This document shows, piece after piece, positions 26,743-36,748 of a DNA stretch of 64,000 bases. The notes beneath the pieces were generated by a model. That model was not told where the DNA came from. It saw nothing but the letters and a program-made list of their open reading frames with translations, and did no database searches. Within the stretch, counting starts at the first letter, position 1. The number at the start of each line of letters is the position of its first letter. The DNA is from Leptonemataceae bacterium (GTDB taxonomy: Bacteria > Spirochaetota > Leptospiria > Leptospirales > Leptonemataceae), in assembly GCA_965227295.1 (NCBI GenBank), contig OZ245742.1, forward strand, positions 672,001-736,000, in the 5' to 3' direction. Position numbers and translations under genes: made by a program.

Positions 26743-27273
26743 ATGTCCTCGAACCGTCAACCAATCGCAATCACTGTGATTGCACTGTTCATATTCTGCG
26801 TCGGCTGCCTGCCTTCCGAGTACAAAGTCGAGCGCAGTACCGTTATTGAAGCACCCGCCGCGGTGATCTTCGATTACGTGAACGACCTAGAAAAGAACGA
26901 GCTGTGGTCCCCCTGGGTGGCCGAAGACCCCACCATCAATACCACCCTCGGCGAGAAGACCGAAGGCGTCGGTGCCACTTACTCGTGGACCAGTGAGAAC
27001 TCCGGCGACGGAACCCTGGAAATCGTCGAGAGCGTACCGCATCGTCTCATTCGTACGAAGCTGGATTTCGGCGATCAAGGCACGGCCGAAGCGGTCTGGA
27101 ATTTCGAAGAAAGTTCGGAAGGCGTGAAGACCACCTGGGGTTTCTCGGGCAAGGTCGAAGGCATCGGCGAAGGAATCTTTGCGCTGTTCATCGACGGCAT
27201 GGTCGGCCCGTACTACGAACAGGGACTGAGCAGACTCAAAGAACTCTCCGAAGCACAAGACGCCGGTCGTTAA
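26743..27273 (+). CDS. SRPBCC/polyketide cyclase family protein
   Basis: YKVERSTVIEAP, WSPW..DP, GVGATYSW, YEQGLSRLKEL; GGAGG RBS. Confidence 0.88.
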   Translation: MSSNRQPIAITVIALFIFCVGCLPSEYKVERSTVIEAPAAVIFDYVNDLEKNELWSPWVAEDPTINTTLGEKTEGVGATYSWTSENSGDGTLEIVESVPHRLIRTKLDFGDQGTAEAVWNFEESSEGVKTTWGFSGKVEGIGEGIFALFIDGMVGPYYEQGLSRLKELSEAQDAGR

Positions 27274-27456
27274 GTGCTGCGCGCAACTTGAGTTTGTTCG
27301 CACGTTTTTTTAGCGTTCCGTAAAACTTCTTGCGACTGTAAAATCCTCCGTTCCGGAAAAATATACTTGTGTCGCTCCGCCGCGGAGTTACAGGTTAAGA
27401 CTCGTCTTCTTGGTACGAAGACGTTATGTCTCATCCTTTGCAACCCAGGTTTCGCC

Positions 27457-28764
27457 ATGCAAGTCATTCGTTTTATTCCGCGACTCTTAGCTCCGGCACT
27501 CTTTATCTTCGTATTCACGGCGCCGTTGTCCGCGGAGAGCGAAGGCCGACGCATCTTTACCACCAACGAGGCGCGAGTCCTGGTGTTGCGCACGCACTTT
27601 GAACAAGAGACCACGGGCAACGGTTCGGCCTTCATCGTAAGTTACAAAGACCGCAACTTTCTCATTACAAATTACCACGTCATTTCCGCCGGGCACATCT
27701 TCCTCGAAATTGAGGGAGAGAAAGTCGCGAACCTTCAGGTTCTGCGCGTCAACGACACCGGCGACATCGCCATCTTAACCTTTCCGAAAATCGACGACCA
27801 CCAGGCGGTTCCGTTGCAGGCCTACGAACCCTTACGCGGTGAAAAGGTCTACGCCCTCGGTTTTCCCGGTGTGCCGGGCAACAAGGACGTAAGCCTTACC
27901 ATTACCGACGGGCTCGTAAGCAACAACAACCTGGTCATCCCGGAAGAGGGGCCGCAACGCCGTCGTTTTATTCAGGTTTCCGCGGCACTCAATCCCGGCA
28001 ACAGCGGCGGCCCCATCTTTTCCGGCGAGGGGCGGTTGATCGGCATGGCCACCGGCGGCATCATGAATCGCCAGAGTATGAACCTGGCCATCCCGACCGA
28101 AGACATCATGCGGGAGATCGATCTCATTGATCGTCGACCGGAACGCAAGGATGCGGAGCAGGAACTACGAGCGCGCTTTGATCTGATCTCGGAGTCGGTC
28201 AAGGCCAAAGATTTTCTGAGATTCGGTTACTACTACTCGCCGGAGTACAAACTCAAACTCTTCGACGACGTGCGGCGCATCAACGAACGTGTCTACAGCG
28301 CTTACCGGCTCACCGCGTCTCGCGGGCCGCAGTCTCCGGAGCAGGCCATGGCCGTAACCCAGCAGTACCTGGAGCCGGACGAGTTCATGTACTACCTCAT
28401 GCTCATGCACTACTACCAGGGGCATCCGTCGGACAATTTCGGCGATGTGATCTTCGAGGTGAGCCTGAATCCCTTCCTGGCTTCTCAGTTGTATCTTTCC
28501 GGGCGTTTTCTGTATCTCATGCATCACCTGGCGGACCTGGACGATCGTAAGTTCGAGTACCGCGGACACACGATCGAGAAAATCACGTTCGATGAAAGTT
28601 ACAAAAACGCCGATGTCGAGATCACGGTGAACCTGGAGCACAAGTCCTTCCCGGCAAAGCTGAAGTTCGTGCGCGAGTGGGGCAACTGGTTCCTCGTCCC
28701 GGCCTACGACTACCAGGCCATCCTGAAGGAGGACGCCGAGAGCGTTCAGGAGAACGCCGAATGA
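27457..28764 (+). CDS. Exported trypsin-like (S1C/HtrA-type) serine protease without PDZ domain
   Basis: Signal peptide; triad TNYHV, GDIAIL, NPGNSGGP; unrelated C-terminal half. Confidence 0.85.
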   Translation: MQVIRFIPRLLAPALFIFVFTAPLSAESEGRRIFTTNEARVLVLRTHFEQETTGNGSAFIVSYKDRNFLITNYHVISAGHIFLEIEGEKVANLQVLRVNDTGDIAILTFPKIDDHQAVPLQAYEPLRGEKVYALGFPGVPGNKDVSLTITDGLVSNNNLVIPEEGPQRRRFIQVSAALNPGNSGGPIFSGEGRLIGMATGGIMNRQSMNLAIPTEDIMREIDLIDRRPERKDAEQELRARFDLISESVKAKDFLRFGYYYSPEYKLKLFDDVRRINERVYSAYRLTASRGPQSPEQAMAVTQQYLEPDEFMYYLMLMHYYQGHPSDNFGDVIFEVSLNPFLASQLYLSGRFLYLMHHLADLDDRKFEYRGHTIEKITFDESYKNADVEITVNLEHKSFPAKLKFVREWGNWFLVPAYDYQAILKEDAESVQENAE

Positions 28765-29840
28765 TCTCCGGCCGAAACGCCCCGCTCCGTTTTCTTACAG
28801 CCCTGCTCCTTACCGCCGGCACCCTCTACGGGGATTCGTCGCCGGCCGACGGTGAATCCTTCTTTGCGAAAGACGGCGAACCGCTGCGACTCATGCTCCT
28901 GCCCTTCGTGAAGGACGACGTCATCACGGACTTCGAGTATGAGCAGGTGTCTTCGGCCTTTCACCTGGCCGTATCCCGACGCCGGGAGTTCGACGTGGTG
29001 TCGCGGCTGGAACTCATTCGCATCTTACAAAAGACCGAGGACGAGGAAGGCCCCTCCCTCGACAAACCCGACAGCCTCTACGATCTCGCCGAAGAACACG
29101 ACGTGGATCTGTTGATCTTCGGCGCCGTGGGCGCGCTTCAAAACTTTGAGCTGCGCGGTATGAGCCTGCGCACGGTGGGCATCAAGGTTGAGATTGCGAG
29201 CGTCGAGCGACGCCAGGTGTTCAATCAGGTAGCGTGGTCGACGTCCCACGTCACCGGCGGCGGGACGCAGCAGGGGGATCGCATTGCGCTGTTGTCCGGC
29301 CTGGCCGCAAACAAACTCATGTGGCTCGCACCGGATTTTTATCCGGTAAACGTAAGTTTTGATTCATTCGTGCAGCACAAACCCGAGGACTACGAACTCT
29401 ACAAGAACCGTGTGCGCGGAAAGTTGAACGAACTCAAACTGCCGCCGGGCTCCGAGATCGACCTTGTGGAAGTTCAGGTGCGCGAGCGCCAGGAACTGGC
29501 TCCCACCGGCGTCGTCGGTTGCCTCACGCTGGTGGGCTGGCTCTTCTTGCCGTACTACGAAGTCAGCCACGACGTCAATCTACAGATCCGACTCAAGACC
29601 GTCAGCGCGAACGGCGTCCAGTTCGACGAATTCAACTCCGTCGCCAATTCCAGCGAGCTGTATCACATCTCCGCTTCGGACGAAAAGAAGAGCCGACCGT
29701 CCATCGGTCTTCTCGACAATACGCTTCAGGACTCCGTGGCGCGAGTGCGTAAAAACCGCGGCGCGTTTGAAGACCGCTCGGCCATCCTGCGAAAGTTTTA
29801 TCGGAAACCGGAAAACGAAGACGCCCCGGACACTAACTAA
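28761..29840 (+). CDS. Exported hypothetical protein (CsgG/TolB-N-like N-terminal alpha/beta region)
   Basis: ATGA overlap with the protease, signal peptide, LMLLPF...VDLLIFGAV pattern, hydrophobic CLTLVGWLFLP segment. Confidence 0.65.
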   Translation: MISGRNAPLRFLTALLLTAGTLYGDSSPADGESFFAKDGEPLRLMLLPFVKDDVITDFEYEQVSSAFHLAVSRRREFDVVSRLELIRILQKTEDEEGPSLDKPDSLYDLAEEHDVDLLIFGAVGALQNFELRGMSLRTVGIKVEIASVERRQVFNQVAWSTSHVTGGGTQQGDRIALLSGLAANKLMWLAPDFYPVNVSFDSFVQHKPEDYELYKNRVRGKLNELKLPPGSEIDLVEVQVRERQELAPTGVVGCLTLVGWLFLPYYEVSHDVNLQIRLKTVSANGVQFDEFNSVANSSELYHISASDEKKSRPSIGLLDNTLQDSVARVRKNRGAFEDRSAILRKFYRKPENEDAPDTN

Positions 29841-29853
29841 CGTTAATCACAAC

Positions 29854-30834
29854 TTACGGTTCGGTGACGATCATTTGATCGCGGATTGCCCGCGGTGAGG
29901 CGCCCGCATCCACTTCGGCGAACGTCCAGATCTGTTCAAAACTCACGGAACCGCCCGGCGGAATCTCACGCAGGGGCGCGTGGACTTCCACTTCGAGATA
30001 GTCCATGGTGGGCGAGTTGTATACTTCGAAGATAGCGTCGTGAGCGTAAGCGCCGGACGTTTCCACGGCGAACGAACGATGCATTGCCACGGCAGTTTTT
30101 GTCACCGGATCGATCTGTACGGAAAGGAGTTCGCCGTTTTCCGGAAGACCGGCCGCGGCAGTATTCCGCAACCGCCCGCCGTACTTGAAGTGCGACGGCT
30201 CCAGACAATCAATGCGCGTCCAATCGCCGGCCGTGGACACGACGCTCTCCCGAAGCCCGACGGCATTGCCTTCGTTCTCGTAAGCCCGAACGCGCTCGCG
30301 TTCCACAGCGGCGTAGACGCGCGCGGGTCGCAACAACTGCGTAACGTTCCAGATGCCGCGGCGAATCGTCTCGCTTTCGCCGGGATTGCGGAATTCTTCC
30401 ACGACGCGCACGCGGCCGTCCGCCCGGAGTTCGAACGTGCGCGCAATGCGTAATCCCGTCTCACGATCCACCGGGCTGAGCATGAAGACGTGATTGTCTT
30501 TCATCTCCGCGGCGTAACGACAGGCGTCCAGGTCCAGGGGCGGAATCGCTCTCTGCCAATCGCTCTGCGGTGCCACCCAGGTCTTGTCACCGCCCCACAA
30601 TCGAAAGCCGAGGGCCTGCTTCATGGAGTCGATGTCGGCAAAGGCATTCGGATCAAAGCTTTCCCCGGCGTGTTCTTGCTGATGAAACAACAGCTCACGC
30701 CCGCGATACTTCAGGGAGATGAGACGGCCTCCGATGTCCGGAGCAAAGCCGAGTTCGAGACGATCGTTCGACATTCGGTACCCGCTCCATCCGTAGAATT
30801 CGGCAGGTTCCAATTCGGGTTCGGCGTCGGACAT
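29854..30834 (-). CDS. DUF4380-like hypothetical protein
   Basis: PDIGGRLISL, WGGDKTWVAPQSDW, IWNVTQ, YLEVEVHAP. Confidence 0.7.
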   Translation of the reverse strand: MSDAEPELEPAEFYGWSGYRMSNDRLELGFAPDIGGRLISLKYRGRELLFHQQEHAGESFDPNAFADIDSMKQALGFRLWGGDKTWVAPQSDWQRAIPPLDLDACRYAAEMKDNHVFMLSPVDRETGLRIARTFELRADGRVRVVEEFRNPGESETIRRGIWNVTQLLRPARVYAAVERERVRAYENEGNAVGLRESVVSTAGDWTRIDCLEPSHFKYGGRLRNTAAAGLPENGELLSVQIDPVTKTAVAMHRSFAVETSGAYAHDAIFEVYNSPTMDYLEVEVHAPLREIPPGGSVSFEQIWTFAEVDAGASPRAIRDQMIVTEP

Positions 30835-30927
30835 GGCAGGGGGCCCGACATTCGGGCCCACCCGGAAGAAAAATCAGGGCGCCCGGAGTTTCAAGCGGGA
30901 TTTTTACGGTTTCCGTGCTTGCGTCGC

Positions 30928-31314
30928 TTAGATCAGGAAACGACGCACGGTCGCGAGGAGATTGTCCGCATCGAAGGGTTTCTGAATCCAGGCCCGGATT
31001 CCAGCCGCCCGCGCCTCGGTTTCGAATCTCTCGCAGCGTTCCGTGGTGAGCATCACCACCGGCGTAAAACGATGATGGCCTTCCGCGCGCAGTCGCTTTA
31101 CGAATCCCATACCGTCCACGTTCGGCATGTTTACATCGCACAGAATAAGATCGACGTCCTTGCGTTCTTCGAGTTGCACGAGTGCGTCGGCTCCGTCGGT
31201 GCCTTCGAGAATTGTGTAGCCCACTCCGGATAAAGCGATTCCCACCACCTTCCGAATGGAGGGGGAGTCATCTACGATCATGATCGTATGGGTTTTCTGT
31301 GCTACGGTGGTCAT
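30928..31314 (-). CDS. Single-domain CheY-like response regulator
   Basis: IVDDS, CDVNMPNVDG, MLTTE, WIQKPF; GGAG RBS. Confidence 0.9.
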   Translation of the reverse strand: MTTVAQKTHTIMIVDDSPSIRKVVGIALSGVGYTILEGTDGADALVQLEERKDVDLILCDVNMPNVDGMGFVKRLRAEGHHRFTPVVMLTTERCERFETEARAAGIRAWIQKPFDADNLLATVRRFLI

Positions 31315-31457
31315 ATGTTTTTACTCCGAATATTACGCCGGAACAAGTCCGGGACGCATTTCTGGATTATGCATGAATAGCGACCCTTCGTCAATAGTTT
31401 ATAATAGATTTGTTGCGAATAGTTGAGAAAATTTACTAAACCTTCCTGGACGCGAAT

Positions 31458-31489
31458 CCCTATCCCTTCCCTAACCCTTTCTTAACCCC
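31458..31489 (-). other. G-quadruplex-forming motif in a divergent promoter region
   Basis: Minus strand GGGG-TTAAGAAA-GGG-TTA-GGG-AA-GGG-ATA-GGG inside an AT-rich spacer. Confidence 0.55.
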
Positions 31490-31610
31490 TACGCTGTCAT
31501 TTTGGATATCTCAAATCGTAAACACAACAATAAATAATGATATCAACCGAGGTCCTGTAGCACGACAAAATGAGAACGTATCCCATGACTTGCCGGCGGG
31601 ATCGCAAGAC

Positions 31611-31639
31611 TTGACAGGCCTCTCACACGAACCGACGCT
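31611..31639 (+). promoter_or_regulatory. Putative sigma70 promoter (near-leaderless) of the MoxR-like gene
   Basis: TTGACA-17nt-GACGCT, with the ATG 8 nt downstream and no SD. Confidence 0.5.
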
Positions 31640-31647
31640 GGCGACAC

Positions 31648-32502
31648 ATGAAGACCGTGACCATAGACGGTGTGGCCATCGAACTTGTTCCCCCGGACGA
31701 CCTGGACATGCAGTGGGTCGGCAACCTGGACGTGTTGCATCAGCTCCAGGCCTGCTGGATGATCGTCCATCCTGACGATATTCCCCTGAACCCCCGACTC
31801 ATCGGCCGACCGGGCGTCGGAAAAACAACGTTGGCCTGCGCCGCCGCCCGAGAAATTGACCGTCCAGTGTATATTTTTCAGGCGACCATGGATACGCGGC
31901 CGGAGGATCTGTTAATCACGCCGGTGCTTGGTGAAAGCGGACGCATCAAATACGTGGCGTCGGCTCTGGTCAGCGCCATGATCGAAGGCGGCGTGGCGAT
32001 TCTCGACGAAGGCAATCGCATGGGCGAAAAGTCCTGGGCCTCTCTCGCTCCGCTGCTGGACCATCGTCGCTACGTCGAGTCCATCGTTGCCGGCGTAAAG
32101 CTCAAGGCCCACCCGGACTTTCGCTTTTGTACGACGATGAACGAGGACGCCTCAACGTACGAAATCCCGGAGTACATCCAGTCCCGCCTCCAGCCGCAGA
32201 TCTACATCGACTTTGCCGACGCCGACGAAGAAAGCGAGATCCTGCGCGCGAACATGCCCTTCGCCCCGGAAGAGATCATCGCCTACGTAGTGGAGTTTTT
32301 ACAACGCGCCCACGAAGCGGACGAGCCCTATTCCGTGCGGGACGGCATTAACATTACTCGAATGGTACTTAAGCTCGGCGCCGGCCGCAAAGGCGAGACG
32401 GACTTCCGGCAACTCGGCGCCGATCCGGGCAAACTGCGCGGGCTCATGCACGACGCCGTCATGGGCATCCTGGGCGACGACGCCCTGCGTTACCTGGGCT
32501 GA
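31648..32502 (+). CDS. MoxR-like AAA+ ATPase (AAA_5)
   Basis: GRPGVGKT, QATMDTRPEDL, ILDEGNR, AHPDFRFCTTMN, IQSRL. Confidence 0.88.
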   Translation: MKTVTIDGVAIELVPPDDLDMQWVGNLDVLHQLQACWMIVHPDDIPLNPRLIGRPGVGKTTLACAAAREIDRPVYIFQATMDTRPEDLLITPVLGESGRIKYVASALVSAMIEGGVAILDEGNRMGEKSWASLAPLLDHRRYVESIVAGVKLKAHPDFRFCTTMNEDASTYEIPEYIQSRLQPQIYIDFADADEESEILRANMPFAPEEIIAYVVEFLQRAHEADEPYSVRDGINITRMVLKLGAGRKGETDFRQLGADPGKLRGLMHDAVMGILGDDALRYLG

Positions 32503-32505
32503 ACG

Positions 32506-34467
32506 GTGAAGAACGCTCGCGACACTTACGCTGCTCTTACGATCGAACTCGCGCCCCGGGTACGCGCGCTGCCCATAGTACACGGCTCCCTCGAATTCAC
32601 CGCCGCAGTTCGGCGATTATTTCTCAGCGCCCCCCCGGCCCTGTGTGCCCTGGAATTGCCGGTGGTCTTCGCGTCGTCCCTGCAACGCGCTCTGCGCTAC
32701 GCGGACCAGGTACCCGTGCTGACAGCACCGGAAAACGAACAACGAGCGGCACTGCACTTCGTCCTGGAACCGCTCGAACCCCTCGTCGAAGCGGCCCGTT
32801 CGTCCCTGGAAGCGAACATTCCGTTTCACTGCATCGACGGATTGGAAGCAGGACCGGGCCTGGTCTGGGAAGCGGAAGATTTTCCGGATACGTTTTGCCT
32901 GACGGCCATGTCCGTATCGACGCTCTACGCGGCATACAGAAACAGCACCGGTCCTGCACCGACGCCTGCCGGCGATCGCCGAAGGGAAATCTTCATGGCC
33001 CGGGAACTGCGCAATCTTACGCACGTGGTCAGCGGCAGCCTGCTTTCGGAGGAGCGACCGCTGCTGGTGGTTTGCGGCATCCGCCACGTAGAATCTCTGG
33101 CGCGCCTCTTAAGTTTGTCTGAATCGTCATTTAGACGCTACACCGAGCAGGAGAGCGCGAACGTCGACGGCGGCGAAGAATCCGAAGATGACGACGCCGA
33201 ACCTCTGGAAGCCCTGCTGGAACGGCACGAGCGCCGGGAGGAGCACGCCGACGACGATCCCATTGAAATTACGACGCTGTCCCGGGAAACCGCCGAGGTT
33301 CTCGTGCAGCCCGGTTACTATAACACCGCGTGGTTGTATGCCCGGCGCGGCCTCGCGGCGGTGGATCGTTTCCAGCGGGTCTTTTTGCAACGCCAGGTCT
33401 ACCGGGATACCGTGGAACGCTACGAACGCGAAAGCGGGGAACTGGTGCCGCCCCAACGGGAAAAGCTGTTCTTTCAATTTACGCGCAACTGGAGCTGGCT
33501 GCGCGGTAAGTTACTTCCGGATACGTACCGCCTGGTGATGGCCGCCCGGGCCTTCGGCAACGACAACTTCGCGCGCATCTTCTTCGATCTGCTGGCCTTC
33601 CTTCCGCCGCTGAACGCGCCGCCCTTTCCCGAACGCAAACTCAGCCTCGATGACCTCTACCGTGACAAACGCTTAATTCGTTTTCGGTTGCAGTTAAACC
33701 GCCCCCGTCGTAAAACGCCCGGTTCCATCTCCCGGCGCTTCCAGCGGGAAAAGTATCCGGGCGAGTGGGCTGAACAATGGCAGGGCGGCGGCATCTGTTC
33801 GTATCCGCCGGAAGATCTCATCATCGAAAACTTCGGCCGGGATTTACAAAAGTCCGCGACGGCCATTCTCCGCGGCAGCGGGGAACGCACCGTACCGTTT
33901 ACCTCCAGCATGCTCGACGGCATCGACTATCGCGAGACGATTCGCAATTATCATCTCGGTCGCATTTACGTGAAGGACTTGCAGATTCGCGGCATCGACG
34001 CGGGCAGCGTGGTCATCATCTTCAGCGAGAACCATGACGAACACGCCTGGCGCGTAGTGTGGTGGGGCGAACACGCCGGCGAAAGCGACATGGCCTTTTA
34101 CGCTACGAATCCCGCCGAACGGTTGCGCGGTCCCGGCATCTGCCAGAGTCGCTACGGCGGACTAATGATGACGTATCCCCCCGGGCGGTTGCACGACATC
34201 TGGAACGACGAGGACTACGCCGACTTTCCGGGCCCCGGCGATCGCCTGGTGGCCGCGGCCATAGAGTACAATGAAAAACGCGCGGTCGTCCATCTGGCCC
34301 ATCGCCCGCCGTCACCGCGCATGTACAATCTCGCCGCTCGTTACGGACAGAAGATCGTGCACATCCCGCTCTCGACGATCAGTCCGGTGATGCTGGCCCG
34401 GGTGCGACGCTTTCACGTTCTTGACAGCCGGGATCGACGGAACGATGCAGATGATTATATTTGGTAA
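32506..34467 (+). CDS. Conserved hypothetical partner of the AAA ATPase (TraB/YehM-like N-terminus)
   Basis: 3 bp after the ATPase; LPIVHGS, ALELP, RREIFMA, VVCGIRH; CSYPPED, DGIDYRETIRN. Confidence 0.7.
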   Translation: MKNARDTYAALTIELAPRVRALPIVHGSLEFTAAVRRLFLSAPPALCALELPVVFASSLQRALRYADQVPVLTAPENEQRAALHFVLEPLEPLVEAARSSLEANIPFHCIDGLEAGPGLVWEAEDFPDTFCLTAMSVSTLYAAYRNSTGPAPTPAGDRRREIFMARELRNLTHVVSGSLLSEERPLLVVCGIRHVESLARLLSLSESSFRRYTEQESANVDGGEESEDDDAEPLEALLERHERREEHADDDPIEITTLSRETAEVLVQPGYYNTAWLYARRGLAAVDRFQRVFLQRQVYRDTVERYERESGELVPPQREKLFFQFTRNWSWLRGKLLPDTYRLVMAARAFGNDNFARIFFDLLAFLPPLNAPPFPERKLSLDDLYRDKRLIRFRLQLNRPRRKTPGSISRRFQREKYPGEWAEQWQGGGICSYPPEDLIIENFGRDLQKSATAILRGSGERTVPFTSSMLDGIDYRETIRNYHLGRIYVKDLQIRGIDAGSVVIIFSENHDEHAWRVVWWGEHAGESDMAFYATNPAERLRGPGICQSRYGGLMMTYPPGRLHDIWNDEDYADFPGPGDRLVAAAIEYNEKRAVVHLAHRPPSPRMYNLAARYGQKIVHIPLSTISPVMLARVRRFHVLDSRDRRNDADDYIW

Positions 34468-35219
34468 TGATGAAGTCATCCCCCGCCGACCCATTGCGCG
34501 CCGCCGTGATTGAAGCTTATCGCGGAGAACTGAAGCATCGCTACAGCTCTGAGAACGTGCGACGTTTCTCGCAGTTCGAACACCTCGATCAAAAGCTCAT
34601 CGACGACATCCGTAACTTCTTCCTGGAGTATATTTACCCGCCCTACGCAAAGCGCGGCGCCCGCGACAACTCCTTCGAAGAAATGGGCAACGTGCTCAAG
34701 TCCCCTCGCAAACTGCTGCCCCTTTTCGGGACGGCCCTTACCTCCGTGTGGAAACTCGGCGGCCACCTGGGTCAGGCCATGAAGGCCGGCTTTCGCACTC
34801 TGGAGACCTACATCGAAAGCAAACGCCTGGAAGAACAAATGATTCAGCTCGCCCAGGAGCGCGGCCTGGAGGCGGAACACGTTGCGGACCGCGAATCCAT
34901 CACGACTCTGGTGCGCGGCATTCCCGAAAAGAAAGTCCGCCGTTTTCAGAAAGATATGGTCCGCCTCTTCGAGTCCCTGGCAAACGTCGAGCTCCTGGAA
35001 CGCACGCTGGAAATCATGGCGGACTCGCGCAAGATCATGGAAGAACGCCCGGACGTCTACACGGACAGCGAACGTGCCGGCTTAGGGTACGGCTACGAAC
35101 TCTTAGAGGGCGGCTTTGAGTTGTTCCGGGAGATGAACGACCAGGAAGTCGAGGCCGTGCTCTCGGGCGTGGAAGTCGTGGAAAAGGATTGGTACAAACA
35201 GGTGATGCAGAGAACTTAG
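34467..35219 (+). CDS. Hypothetical all-helical protein
   Basis: TAATG overlap with the upstream gene; host-like codon usage. Confidence 0.7.
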   Translation: MMKSSPADPLRAAVIEAYRGELKHRYSSENVRRFSQFEHLDQKLIDDIRNFFLEYIYPPYAKRGARDNSFEEMGNVLKSPRKLLPLFGTALTSVWKLGGHLGQAMKAGFRTLETYIESKRLEEQMIQLAQERGLEAEHVADRESITTLVRGIPEKKVRRFQKDMVRLFESLANVELLERTLEIMADSRKIMEERPDVYTDSERAGLGYGYELLEGGFELFREMNDQEVEAVLSGVEVVEKDWYKQVMQRT

Positions 35220-35596
35220 TGCCCCTCCGCCGCCAGGGGATGCGGAAAGTTGTCCGACTCGTCCTCGCCGGGCCGTTCCGTCAGGCATTGAAAATCTTTC
35301 TCAATCAAGATCCGTAACTCCGCGCCCGATTCCAGGGGCTGCCGCTGCTCGAATCCTACGCGTTCGGTACTGCTCCACTCATCGGCAAGGGCCGGCGGAA
35401 CCCGGACCATAATCCCTTCACCGGCAAACTCGGCACGCACCTCGCCGACCTCCTCATCCCGCTGAAGGGCATAAGTCAGTCGGCCGCTACCGGGAAAACG
35501 AACAGAGTCGGCGACCCGACCGCTTTCCGCGAAACTTTGCAGTTCCGTCTGTGACAGGCGCAATCGCAGGCTATCGCCCTTAATACGCAGCTTCAT
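35216..35596 (-). CDS. Conserved hypothetical protein (MKLRI...LRLRL, DUF7009-like)
   Basis: MKLRIKGDSLRLRLSQTE...LIEKDFQCL...DNFPHP; ATGA-coupled to mobA. Confidence 0.75.
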   Translation of the reverse strand: MKLRIKGDSLRLRLSQTELQSFAESGRVADSVRFPGSGRLTYALQRDEEVGEVRAEFAGEGIMVRVPPALADEWSSTERVGFEQRQPLESGAELRILIEKDFQCLTERPGEDESDNFPHPLAAEGH

Positions 35597-36279
35597 GATG
35601 ATTGCTCCGCGGCCGCCTGTAGATCGGCCTGGTTGTTAAAATTTCTGAGCGCTCGTCGCGCATCTTCCTCCGCGTGCAGCAGCATGGTCAGCCCGGTGGA
35701 GAGCAGCTTGCGCGGGCAGTGAATGAAGTGATCGTGTTCGTCGTTCGCTCCGCCGGCATACCTTTCACGCAATCGCTGTAGGGCCCGCGCCGTGTAAACG
35801 GCACACAGTGGTTCGATCCCCCCGCGTTCGCCCACGGGGTTGTTGTACGCGAAATACTCATATTCACCGGGCGCGTGATAGGCATCAACCACACGACGCA
35901 TGACGTCGATGGTCATGCAGGGAAGATCACAGGCAAGCACGAAGAGATCGCGTTCCGGAAAACGATCGGCAACGCTCAGGATTCCGCGGAGGGGGCCGTG
36001 AGCGCTCGCGAATTGATCGTCGTCCTCGATAAGAACGTCCGCATCGAAACGATGCGCGTACTCCTCGTGCTGCTCCGCGTTTACGGAAAGGACGAACGAC
36101 AGTCCGAGCTCCTCGAACAGAGCACCGGCGCGCTCACTCCAGGTTTCGCCGACGGAGATTCCCGTCTCCGCCTCTCCATCGCGGAGTGCGCTCAGTGGGA
36201 GCAGACCCTTGTCCCGCCCCATTCGCGTGCTGCGCCCCCCGGTGAGCACCACGCCCAGAATGTCCGCCGCATTCTTCAC
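35593..36279 (-). CDS. mobA: Molybdenum cofactor guanylyltransferase
   Basis: VLTGGRSTRMGRDKG, GPLRGI, LACDLP, EPLCAVY, NFN. Confidence 0.88.
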   Translation of the reverse strand: MKNAADILGVVLTGGRSTRMGRDKGLLPLSALRDGEAETGISVGETWSERAGALFEELGLSFVLSVNAEQHEEYAHRFDADVLIEDDDQFASAHGPLRGILSVADRFPERDLFVLACDLPCMTIDVMRRVVDAYHAPGEYEYFAYNNPVGERGGIEPLCAVYTARALQRLRERYAGGANDEHDHFIHCPRKLLSTGLTMLLHAEEDARRALRNFNNQADLQAAAEQSS

Positions 36280-36304
36280 AATACTAACTGAACCTTGGAT
36301 AACA

Positions 36305-36748
36305 TTAATGATCGCATGCGGCCGTCCATTGGGCGCTGCCGTCGGCGAAGTGCTCGCGCTTCCAGATCGGCGCACGGCGTTTGACCTCATCAATGACGTA
36401 ACGATTCGCCGCGTAAGCCTCGTCACGGTGCGAGGCGGCGCTCACGACGGCCACCGCCGCCTCGCCGATTTCCAGCCGCCCCACGCGATGGACGCACAAC
36501 ACGGCGTGCAACGACCAACGCTCCCGCGCTTCGGCAAGAATCGTGCGGATCGTTTTCGCGGCCATGCTTTCGTGCGCCTCGTACTCGAGATACAGGACGT
36601 CCTTGCCGTGACTGTGGTTTCGAACGTTACCGGTGAATACCAGAACGGCCCCCGCTTCCGGCCGGTTGCAGGCTTCGCTCAATGTCTGCATGTCGAGGAC
36701 GTCCGCGCTGATTTCGGGGTAGGCCGTGGTACCGCGCTGCATGATCAT
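36305..36748 (-). CDS. moaE: Molybdopterin synthase catalytic subunit
   Basis: GAVLVFTGNVR, LEYEAH, HRVG.L.IGE, HRDEA, PIWKRE. Confidence 0.95.
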   Translation of the reverse strand: MIMQRGTTAYPEISADVLDMQTLSEACNRPEAGAVLVFTGNVRNHSHGKDVLYLEYEAHESMAAKTIRTILAEARERWSLHAVLCVHRVGRLEIGEAAVAVVSAASHRDEAYAANRYVIDEVKRRAPIWKREHFADGSAQWTAACDH

